This document shows positions 40,619 to 50,400 of a DNA stretch of 64,000 bases, piece by piece. The notes under the pieces were generated by a model. It ran no database searches, had not been told where the DNA came from, and saw only the letters and a list, made by a program, of their open reading frames with translations. The position numbers were made by a program, and so were the translations under genes. How positions within the stretch are numbered: position 1 is the stretch's first letter; each line of letters begins with the position of its first letter. The DNA is taken from assembly GCA_965644495.1 (NCBI GenBank), contig CBFFSA010000006.1:434001-498000 (forward strand), in the 5' to 3' direction. This DNA is from Perkinsela sp. CCAP 1560/9. Lineage: Eukaryota > Protista > Euglenozoa: Kinetoplastea.

Positions 40619-43600
40619 ATGATCCACCTAATTCTTTTTTTATGTCTTCTCTGCTCTCCACTTCAAGCCTCTGAAGTTATTGAACTAACGCGTGAAAACT
40701 TCTATCAATATACGGATGTCGGTCACACTGCTGTAGAATTTTACGCGCCGTGGTGCGGTCACTGTCAAGATTTGACTCCAGAATGGGAGGAAGCGGCAAA
40801 AACTACAAAATCGATAGTATTCGGTAAAGTGGATGCGACAAAAGAGGAAGAATTGGCGCATGAATACAACATTCGTGGTTATCCTACAATACTGCTCTTT
40901 GAAGAAGGGTCTGCTACAGAATACACCGGTGGTAGGAAGGCTACGGAGATAGTGGAGTGGATGGAAAGTAGGATTCAACCGCCAGTGCGCGAGGCTTCGT
41001 CCATGGAATCTTTAGGAATAAACACAAGAAATACTGGAAAAATTAGTTTGGCATTATGCTATCCGCTTGAGAGCCACATTGGAGAAGCATTCACTAGTCA
41101 TGCGCGCCGATTGCGCAGCAACTTTTCATTTTTTCATGTCGCTGAGTGTAGCACCCAGTCAAGTCATGCAGTTTTTATGCATAAGCCTTTCGAAGAAGAA
41201 ATTTCTAAGTTTCGGGGTAATCTTGAAGATAACGAGGTTTTCGATGCGTGGCTTCGAGCGGAATCCTTCCCCGCTTTGGCCGAGATTGGTCCGGACAACG
41301 TTAAATCTTATATGGAACGCGGTTTGCCATTGGCATGGCTCTTTGTTGACCCTACGCACGAAGAACGAACATCTCAGGCGTTGAAAACCGTTCGTGACGT
41401 TGCTCTCCGATTTCGAAACAATATGAGTTTTGTGTACCTTCCTGGCAAGGAGTACGCACAAATTATGAACCAACTTGGGCACAATGGTACTATTTTTCCT
41501 TCGTTTTCCATTGACAGGAAGACGAATGAATATTATGCCTTTCCTCCTGGAGAAGAACTGGAAGAAAAGAATCTTTCAGAGTTTTGTGATGCATTCTTTA
41601 GCGACCGATTGCAGCGTTCCTTGAAATCTGAGCCCAGTCCAACTCAGTCTCTTTGTGAAGGCTTAACTACTATCGTAGGAACAACATTTCAGAAGATCGT
41701 ACTTGATCGGGAGCAGGACACTCTTGTAGCATTTCATGCCCCTTGGTGTGAGCCTTGCAAAAAATTGATGCGCTCGTATCGTCGTTTGGCGATCGCCCTC
41801 CAAGGAAGTGAAATAAACGTGGCTCAAATTGATGTCGGGTCGAACGATCTCTCTGGCAATGTTACTCTATCCTCGCTTCCCACTGTTTTACTTTTCCTTA
41901 ATAATAAAACTGAACCACTACGCTACCCTGGACCATATACTGCAGAAAGCCTACTAGAATTTCTTAAAACTCATACGAATACGGAAATCACAGTTTCTGA
42001 GGGCGACGACCTAATTTCCGACATTGCCGCTGAAGAGATATTAACACTCGATAGGTTTCGCGAATTACTTGCAGAAGACACAGCGCGGGTAATGCTTTTC
42101 ACTAATACAAGAGGGGCGAAGTACTATGAGTATAAAAGAATTTGTTCATCTCTCAGTGAGATAGCTAACTTGGCATTCGTGCAAAACGAGAACATCGCGC
42201 ACCCTCATCATGACGGCTCTCTAGTGCTTTACCGTCCATGGATGGCTCATAACGAGAGAAATTTAACGTTTACAGGTGATATTTCTAATCACTCAATGCT
42301 TACTCAATGGATAAAGGACAACAGTTTTCCTTTGATAGATGAAATTAATGCCGAAAAACATTCAAGATACGCTAGTCGAGGTCTTCCGATGCTTTGGCTC
42401 TTTGCTATACCAGAGGATAAAGAATCAGAAAAAGCTAAAGATGTTCTTTTGGCAGTTGCAGAACATTTCAAAACTAAGATGAGTTGTGTTTGGTTAAATC
42501 ATACAATGCACCCCAGAATGGCATCTCGATTTACGCTGTCGGGTGAAATATTTCCTGCTTTAGCAATTGATGACTTAGCGACACGATCGTTTTACGTGTA
42601 TCCTGAAGAGAGGTCATTGGACTTTGATTCAATAACAAAATTTACCCAAGATTTTCTAGATGGCAATTTGAAACGTTCACTTTTCTCTGAGCCCATACCC
42701 CACAGAGAGACATTCAAGGGATTGACCACATTGGTAAGTAAAGCATTAGAGAAGTATGTAAATAAGGGCGATAAGGACTTGCTTCTTGAGTTTTATTCAC
42801 CGGAGTGTGGCTACTGTCAGGAATTTGATCCAATATATCGAAAGATAGCGCTTTCATTACGCCCAGTGTCTAATCTTATTGTCGGATCTATAGATGCAGT
42901 CGCAAACGAAATTATGTCCTCCTTTACAATTACTGGTTACCCGACGCTCTATTTCTGCCCGGTCGGAAAGGAACACATTCTTTACGAAGGACCACGCGAG
43001 CCCTACGATATACTGGAATTCGTCAAGCTGCACGCAACCGTTGATATTAATATAACTACGAAAGACCTTGACAATCCAAAGAACATTGTGGAAGTTCTTA
43101 CAGATTGGGGAGATCTTGAAGACTTTAAAGGCTATTCTGATGCAGCCCTTGTATGCTTCGCTCACGAGTCGGGTCAAGTAGCTTCCCATTTCAATGCTAC
43201 GATTTCTCTTTTTCCGATATATGTTGATGCTGCGATATACGTGTGCCGTGAAATACCTCATGAATTAGACAACCATGTCGTCCTTTTCAGGGCGTTGGAC
43301 AACGAAAATGTTACATTTACGGGAGATCTGACATCCGCAAGTGAGCTGCACGAATTCCTAGAATCTGAGGCATTTCCTTTAATAAGCGAGATGAATCCTA
43401 TGTTACATCACCGCTATGAAGCAAGAGGGCTTCCTCTGGTGTGGATTCTTCTCAACCGAACTGACATCGAGCGAAGTGTAAATACGCTCACGATTGCTCA
43501 AGTTGTTGCTGGGATGTATCGGAAGAAGTTCAGTTTTATACACGTTGATGGCTCGGAACAAGTTGACATCAGCGATATGTTTCAATTCTCGGGTTACGTA

Positions 43601-43834
43601 TTTCCAGTGGCTGGGATTGATGACCCGGAATCAGGCAATTATTATGCCATGCCGGAAACAACCGAATTTACAACGCAATCATTGAGTGATTTTTTGGAAG
43701 AATTTTTATCCGGCACGCTTGAACCCGTTTCCGAAGAGGCAATATCACCGGAATCTGATGTTGAATGGGAACAATCAGAACGCGATGAATCGCATTCTAC
43801 TGAACTTCCTTTAGAAATTATGGAAGAACTTTGA
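40619..43834 (+). CDS. Giant multidomain protein disulfide isomerase (about nine thioredoxin folds)
   Basis: Signal peptide; WCGHC, WCEPC, ECGYC; three copies of the RGLP-x-x-W b' segment; C-terminal MEEL. Confidence 0.92.
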   Translation: MIHLILFLCLLCSPLQASEVIELTRENFYQYTDVGHTAVEFYAPWCGHCQDLTPEWEEAAKTTKSIVFGKVDATKEEELAHEYNIRGYPTILLFEEGSATEYTGGRKATEIVEWMESRIQPPVREASSMESLGINTRNTGKISLALCYPLESHIGEAFTSHARRLRSNFSFFHVAECSTQSSHAVFMHKPFEEEISKFRGNLEDNEVFDAWLRAESFPALAEIGPDNVKSYMERGLPLAWLFVDPTHEERTSQALKTVRDVALRFRNNMSFVYLPGKEYAQIMNQLGHNGTIFPSFSIDRKTNEYYAFPPGEELEEKNLSEFCDAFFSDRLQRSLKSEPSPTQSLCEGLTTIVGTTFQKIVLDREQDTLVAFHAPWCEPCKKLMRSYRRLAIALQGSEINVAQIDVGSNDLSGNVTLSSLPTVLLFLNNKTEPLRYPGPYTAESLLEFLKTHTNTEITVSEGDDLISDIAAEEILTLDRFRELLAEDTARVMLFTNTRGAKYYEYKRICSSLSEIANLAFVQNENIAHPHHDGSLVLYRPWMAHNERNLTFTGDISNHSMLTQWIKDNSFPLIDEINAEKHSRYASRGLPMLWLFAIPEDKESEKAKDVLLAVAEHFKTKMSCVWLNHTMHPRMASRFTLSGEIFPALAIDDLATRSFYVYPEERSLDFDSITKFTQDFLDGNLKRSLFSEPIPHRETFKGLTTLVSKALEKYVNKGDKDLLLEFYSPECGYCQEFDPIYRKIALSLRPVSNLIVGSIDAVANEIMSSFTITGYPTLYFCPVGKEHILYEGPREPYDILEFVKLHATVDINITTKDLDNPKNIVEVLTDWGDLEDFKGYSDAALVCFAHESGQVASHFNATISLFPIYVDAAIYVCREIPHELDNHVVLFRALDNENVTFTGDLTSASELHEFLESEAFPLISEMNPMLHHRYEARGLPLVWILLNRTDIERSVNTLTIAQVVAGMYRKKFSFIHVDGSEQVDISDMFQFSGYVFPVAGIDDPESGNYYAMPETTEFTTQSLSDFLEEFLSGTLEPVSEEAISPESDVEWEQSERDESHSTELPLEIMEEL

Positions 43835-44149
43835 TATCATAATTTTGAAATGCGGTCGGGACGGACTTATGTATCCTGATGAAATGTTCGCATAAGCAGA
43901 TCATGCACATGTATGGGCGATATGTTTTTATTCCTTTAAGGCCTGATTCTAGGAGGGTTGTAGATGAACACGCTAGGAGATTGGGGTATATGGTTAAGTA
44001 ACTCATTCTAGTTCAATACGTTTCTTTAGTTCTTTCTTGTAGCCGCCTTTAATTATTTCTTGTACTGGTACCTGGAATTATTACCTTGTATTACATTATT
44101 TCTTTGGTATTTAAAGGCGTTAAGTATTTACGATTTCTGAAGAAGGCAC

Positions 44150-45589
44150 ATGTCACTACTCTTAACGCTTCTGAGCTTTCTGTTCCTTAGCACCGGACGC
44201 ATCTCTGCCTCGGACGTTGTGGTTGGCACCCCAGAAAATTTTCATGAAACTATCAAAGAGGGAGTCATAATGGTGGAATTTTATGCTCCTTGGTGCACTC
44301 ATTGCAAGAAGCTAGAGCCGGAGTGGGAGAGTGCGGCTACGGAACTTAAGGGACAGGCAACATTCATGAAGTTCGACGCTACCACCGACGAGTCACTGGC
44401 CCGAGGCTATGGCGTGAAGGGCTTTCCCACTATTAAAGTGTTTGTCGACGGAGAAGTGGGAGACTACGAAGGAGAGCGTACAGCCAAAGCACTCGTTGCT
44501 TTCGCCAAACGTAGACTTTCTTCACCCGTTGTTGAAATCAGTGATGCAGAAGCTTTAGCTGCTTTTAAAGCGGACAATGTTGTGGGTATAGTCCTTTACA
44601 CTTCCCCCAATAGTGATGTTTTCAAAAGTTTTGATCGTAATGCCAAGGCTTTGCGTGAGACAGTACCGTTTGCTGTCGTATACGACAGCGTTCTCCTTGG
44701 TGAGTACACCTTGGACTCCATAGTAATGTTCAAGCGTTTCGAAGAAAACGAAACTAGGTTTGAGGGAGATATTGCTGACCGAAAAGCCTTTGAAAAGTGG
44801 GTGCTGGTAGAAGCTTTTCCACTATTAGGGGAAATAGGACCTGACAACTACCGTAACTATGTGAAACGCGGCTTCCCCCTTGCTTGGCTTTTCGTTGATC
44901 CTTCCGTGGAGGATGCAACGCTTGAAGTTCAAAAACTTGTACGTGGAGTGGCGAGTAAGTACAAAGGGGCGTTGAGCTTTGTCTATCTCCCGATACAAGA
45001 TGGAAATTACCTACAAATGGTCCGTCGCTTTGGTTTAACTGGTGATAAATATCCAGTTTTCGCCATTGATGCGGCCGAAAATAAGTACTTCGCCTATTCT
45101 GAAGATCAAGATATTAGTGCAGAGGCATTAGAAGAATTTTGTTCCAAGTTTGTGAACGGTTCCTTGGAGCGTACCGTAAAATCTGAAGCAGTACCAGAGG
45201 TTGCTGAAGTGGATGGACTGACTACTGTTGTGGGGAAAACGTTCTTATCCGTCGTCAAGAACACGACAAATGATGTTCTTCTTGTGCTACACGCCCCATG
45301 GTGTGGGCATTGCAAACATTTGGCCCCTACATACGGTTCTCTTGCATCAGCGCTACGAGATGTGCCGACTATTACAGTAGCACAAATGGACGCGACAACG
45401 AACGACCCCTCGGAAGATTTTGATGTCCAAGGCTTTCCGTCAATTTTTTTCATACCTGCAGGAAAGGAAAAGATGATGTACGAAGGTGAACGAAGTGCAT
45501 CCGCTATGTTGGCGTATGTCAAGGAACACGCCACGCACCACATCGATGTAGATGAAAGCGCAGTCGGACAGCCTTCCGAAGGCCAGTGA
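44150..45589 (+). CDS. PDI: Protein disulfide isomerase, canonical a-b-b'-a'
   Basis: Signal peptide; FYAPWCTHCK and HAPWCGHCK; GFPT/GFPS cis-Pro motifs. Confidence 0.96.
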   Translation: MSLLLTLLSFLFLSTGRISASDVVVGTPENFHETIKEGVIMVEFYAPWCTHCKKLEPEWESAATELKGQATFMKFDATTDESLARGYGVKGFPTIKVFVDGEVGDYEGERTAKALVAFAKRRLSSPVVEISDAEALAAFKADNVVGIVLYTSPNSDVFKSFDRNAKALRETVPFAVVYDSVLLGEYTLDSIVMFKRFEENETRFEGDIADRKAFEKWVLVEAFPLLGEIGPDNYRNYVKRGFPLAWLFVDPSVEDATLEVQKLVRGVASKYKGALSFVYLPIQDGNYLQMVRRFGLTGDKYPVFAIDAAENKYFAYSEDQDISAEALEEFCSKFVNGSLERTVKSEAVPEVAEVDGLTTVVGKTFLSVVKNTTNDVLLVLHAPWCGHCKHLAPTYGSLASALRDVPTITVAQMDATTNDPSEDFDVQGFPSIFFIPAGKEKMMYEGERSASAMLAYVKEHATHHIDVDESAVGQPSEGQ

Positions 45590-45898
45590 CAAGGATTGGA
45601 TCACATTAGGAATTCTAGAAAAGGCTTTGCTCGAGTTTAAAACGTTAGGTTCATTATACAAGTTGTTAGTGGATTTACTACTCCTCATTCTTTGTGGGCG
45701 CACTATCATCCATTTATCAAGAATTGCTTTTTTGCTGTTTTACAGTTGAATATTGGTTAATACAAAAATCATATGTTTAAGCTTTTACTGCTGCTTTGAA
45801 TTCCAATACATTTATTGAAATATTTCTAGTGAGATTCGAGCTGAGATTCAAACAATTATTTGCTGAAATACATCAGATAATAGATTACTGCTATAATA

Positions 45899-47149
45899 AT
45901 GCCGAATCTCCATGTATCTCTGTACAGAACTGTGCTCAAGAAAGCGAACTCAATTTTGCGTGCATACAACGGAAACTTACACTGGGCGACAAAATCCATC
46001 TTTGGTAATGCCATTCATCCTCTCTATTGGAACACCATAGGCTCCACCCCACGTGACATCATACGACACTATTTCACTAAAGGCCTCCCCCCCGGTCTCC
46101 CTCCCCGTACCCGCTCCCTCATTGTCTTCGAACTCCTCAAACGCATGAACCTCGCCGTCGCGGACCCCTCCTCCGAGCGCAGTCTCCTTCACCCCATCTC
46201 CCTTCGTCGTGGCGACGCCCCCCCCTTCCACGTCACCAGCTACCAGGAAGACGCCCTCCCCCCACCCCCTCGACTCACCCTCCGTGGCGACCCCTTCTGG
46301 GCCATCCAACTCTGCTGCCCCTCCGTGTGCTTCCCCTGGAAGGAGGAGTTCACCTGGGTCAATCCCCCCCACCCCCTCCCCCCCTCTTCCCCCCCCTCCT
46401 CCCCCAAACTCCTCTCCACCTCAACGATCACCACCACCGCGAAAGTCGAGGTCGCGGTCACCACTCGACTCATCTGCGCCCATAAGGAAACCCACAACCA
46501 CGTGTTTGAGTACCGCATCAAAATCACCAACACGGGGAGCCCCGGGCGCGACCCCACCGTCCAGGTCCTCTCCCGGCACTGGTACTTCCTGGACTGGCAC
46601 TGCGAGACGCTGGTGGAGGTGGTGGGGAAAGGGGTGCTGGGGCAGTTCCCGTGGCTCCCCCCCGGCGAGAGCCACACCTACACCTCCGGGACGGATCTAA
46701 GCTCCCGGCATGGCGTGATGAAGGGGCTGTTGCAGGTGGCACGGTTTGCGTGCCCTCCCCCGCGTGGGGGAGGGGGGGGGACAGCCGTGGAGGAGGAGGA
46801 GGGGGGGATACCGCCTGAGGGGGATGTCGTGGAGGCGTTGGAAAGGGAGCTTACAGCAAAGGCGTCTGTGGTGCAAGGGGGTGTGAAAGGGGGGGAACAA
46901 GAGAAGGGGGAAACGGGAAACAAGGGGGTGGATGATAAAAAGCGGGAAAAAAGGGAGAGAGGTAAAGAAAAAAGTCATGGTGTAAAACCCGACGTGTCGA
47001 AGTGTTCTGAAAGTGTATGCTCGGACGTTCCTGTATCGAAGAATGAGAAAAAAGTTGAAGCACCTAGCGATTCGCAACCTTCTCAACCTCCGGAAACGTT
47101 CATTGATATGATTGACGTTTTCGTTGCACCGACTTTATTTTCCGGTTAA
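45899..47149 (+). CDS. ApaG-domain protein
   Basis: FEYRIKITN, VQVLSRHW, EVVGKGVLGQFPWLPPGESHTYTSG, GVMKG. Confidence 0.88.
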   Translation: MPNLHVSLYRTVLKKANSILRAYNGNLHWATKSIFGNAIHPLYWNTIGSTPRDIIRHYFTKGLPPGLPPRTRSLIVFELLKRMNLAVADPSSERSLLHPISLRRGDAPPFHVTSYQEDALPPPPRLTLRGDPFWAIQLCCPSVCFPWKEEFTWVNPPHPLPPSSPPSSPKLLSTSTITTTAKVEVAVTTRLICAHKETHNHVFEYRIKITNTGSPGRDPTVQVLSRHWYFLDWHCETLVEVVGKGVLGQFPWLPPGESHTYTSGTDLSSRHGVMKGLLQVARFACPPPRGGGGGTAVEEEEGGIPPEGDVVEALERELTAKASVVQGGVKGGEQEKGETGNKGVDDKKREKRERGKEKSHGVKPDVSKCSESVCSDVPVSKNEKKVEAPSDSQPSQPPETFIDMIDVFVAPTLFSG

Positions 47150-47468
47150 GTCAAATCCCTTCTTTTGCACCGTTTGAACATTTTTAGTCAGTTTGAGTTG
47201 GTTGGAGATTTACTCCATGTATAACCAAGGATATAGCTTTACTCTATTTGCACAAAACGTGCCTATAGAAAGCCTGTTGTGGGATATTCTGCATTGTTGA
47301 TTTTCTTAAAATGGCGTTTATTATACGCTATACTATAACGTATAATTTTGTAAGATTATGGAGACGTTCCCATAACTGGGCGTCAAGAGGCAAAAGTAAG
47401 GGAATGGGGCTGTTCTACTTTACAGTGTGCGTAAGCATTATTTTCCTTTGCTACAATTCCTTATCACC

Positions 47469-50400
47469 ATGAATGCCCCTTTCAACAACGCAGCTCTTGA
47501 GCGCATGGAACACGACTGGATCAATGCAAACAAAAGAAAATATTGTCCTGATCATACGAGCAAAGTACATTCTACTGCACGCGATGCACTTCCAGTCGAA
47601 TATCTACGGAAGCTTGTGCGCGACAACTGTGATTTGACGGGGAAGAAAAACCGGGAAGAACGTGCGCTTCATGTTTCTGCGCTGCGTTATCTACCCCAGG
47701 CGATCATGAAACTCTGGGAAAATATTCCAATGCCTTGGGAAACTGTACGCGAAGCTACCGTCGCTTTTCATACCACAGGAGCTCTTACGATTATTACAGA
47801 AACTCCAAAAGTTTTAAGTTCTGTATTTAAAGCGCAATGGGGCGCCATGTGGACCAGGATGAGGAAGGAAAAAAGCATTCGAGTCCACTTTCTGCGTGCA
47901 CAAGTCACGCCTGTCTTTGATGATGAAGAGCCTCCCGTAGACTATGGAGACGTCGTGCTCGACCTTCCTGAACAGGATTCGGTTCCATTTGATCTCGATG
48001 AGACTGAAAACGAGAAAGCTATGGAATTGCTGCTTGCAACTACGAACCTTTCAGGGAACGAGGGGGTTATTATACCAATCCAAACGCAGCTTACTTTCTT
48101 TCGACAATGTCGTATACTCGCTGGTGAGGTGGGAGACTCAAATTATTTTTACCTGTTTGCTACAGATACGTTTCTTACCGGGAAAGCACTCGGAGTGGCA
48201 ATTCCTGGAGCTCCTCGATTTCAGCCTCTGTATCACGATGCGCATGACGAAGAGGAATGGACAGAGTTTAATGACCTCAATAAAGCCGTTATTCGTCAGC
48301 CTCTTCGAACCGAACACCAGCTTGCTTTTCCACATTTGTACAACTCTCGTCCTCGGAATGTTTCGATCTCTTCATATCACTTTCCGCTCATGATGTACCT
48401 ACGATGTGTCGACCCTGAACTCGATGCTTTTTCGTACGATCCTTGCGTATGTCCAGTACCATACTCAAAAACAATTCATGATTGCGATCGGGATGGTGGT
48501 TTTCATGAAATTAATAACATGCCTCTCGACTTCATGCCATTTTTTTCGAACCTTCCATTGTGTACCACCTCTACGGCACCCGCTGTAGAATTATTTTGGA
48601 CAAATCTCACTTCCCGACGTGAATTTCCCCTTTGTCGAACCGAGATACAATTGGTAAACTCATGGAGCAAAGAACGTAGTTTAGATTCATTGCCTGCCAA
48701 GGTTCGAATTTCCTACCAGAAGATTTTAAAGCAACATACGCACAATTCAATGGTTAAGAGGAAGAAGGATTTTGGTATATGTGAAAAGCAGGACAATCCT
48801 CATCAGGTTTCCCTCCGTTCGTCGAAACAGAGCTTAGGCGATTTTCTCCTTGAATCAAGAAATTTTATTAGTTCGAGAGTTGACTGGTTAGAAGCTGGAC
48901 TGCAATTGTGTCGTCAAGCGCATAACATGCTGACACTACTTCTTCAGCGACGAAATATGGATTTCCTTCATTTGGACTACAATTTCCATCTCAAACCAGT
49001 AAAAGCACTTACTACAAGGCAACGCAAACGTAGTCGGTTGGGACCTGCATTTCACCTTCCCCGCGAAATTATGGGGCTTACAAAATCAATGTTGGATTTA
49101 CACGTCAAACATCGATTAGGCGAGCTCGATGCTTTCCAGCTTGCGGATGCATTGCAATACCTTTTTACTCACGTGGGAAAACTAACTGGATTATACCGAT
49201 ATAAGTATCGAATTATGCGCCAGATAAAGTGGGCTAAAGATATCAAGCACATTCTTTATTATCGTTTCAACACCGGTCCGGTAGGCAAAGGGCCTGGTAT
49301 GGGTTTCTGGGTTCCAGTTTGGCAAATGTGGCTTTCTTTTTTTCGTGGAATAGTACCAGTTGTGCAGAGATACATTTCGAACATGTTATCACGTGAATTC
49401 GAAGGAAGAAACGTCAAGGGAAACGCTAAAAAGGTAACTAAGCAAAGATCTGAAGCTAATTACGATCGCGAGCTCCGCCAAACTATAACTCAGGAAGTGG
49501 CCGATATGATACCACCTGGAATGAGGGAAAAGAAAATCAAACTTGTGTTGCAGCATTTCAGCGAAGCCTGGCGACGAAGAAAAAGCAATCAGCCTTGGAG
49601 AGTTCTCGGTCTTTCTCCAAATATTGAAGCACTCATATTGCGTTTCGTAAAACGAAAGGAGGAGTGGTGGGCAATGTCAGCACAACAGAACCGCATGAGA
49701 GTTATTTCCGGTCAAGCTGTTGATAAAGCATCAGTCAGAAAAAATCACGGACGCTTGGTGCGCCTACAACTGAAGACTGAGCAGGAACGTCAAAAAGATT
49801 GGATTTCGAACGGACCATATCTCTCCACAAATGACTTTACGGGAATATACACACTCATGGCAAAGTGGTTGGCCAGCCAGAAATTTCAACCAATACCCTT
49901 TCCTCCAGTAAATTATAAGCATGACATGAAAATATTACGGCTCGCTCTTGACAAGCTTAAAGAAAATCACGGAGCTCCTGGTTCTCGTACGACGTCAACA
50001 GCCAAGACAGAACAGCTTAAAATCGAAGAAGCTTTCAATAATCCCCAATCAACGATCAATGGTATCAAAAAGAGGTTGATGCAAATGCGCTCCTTTAAGG
50101 ATATGACAATTGAATATGTGGACTTCTTTACTCATATGCTTCCCGTATATGACATTGAACCAGACGAAAAAATTATGGATGCATACCTTACGCAATATTT
50201 GTTTTATGAATCAAGCCGTAGGGGTCTCTTTCCGAGTTGGATTAAGCCAAGCGATGATCTTCCTAACCCAGCCCGTCTATACAATTGGTGTCAATCAATT
50301 AACAATGTTCCGGGGGTATGGGAGACCTCTCGAGGAGAAAGCACTATTTATGTTGAGACTAAAATTGAACATTTATCTGACAAGGTTGAACACACTTTGT

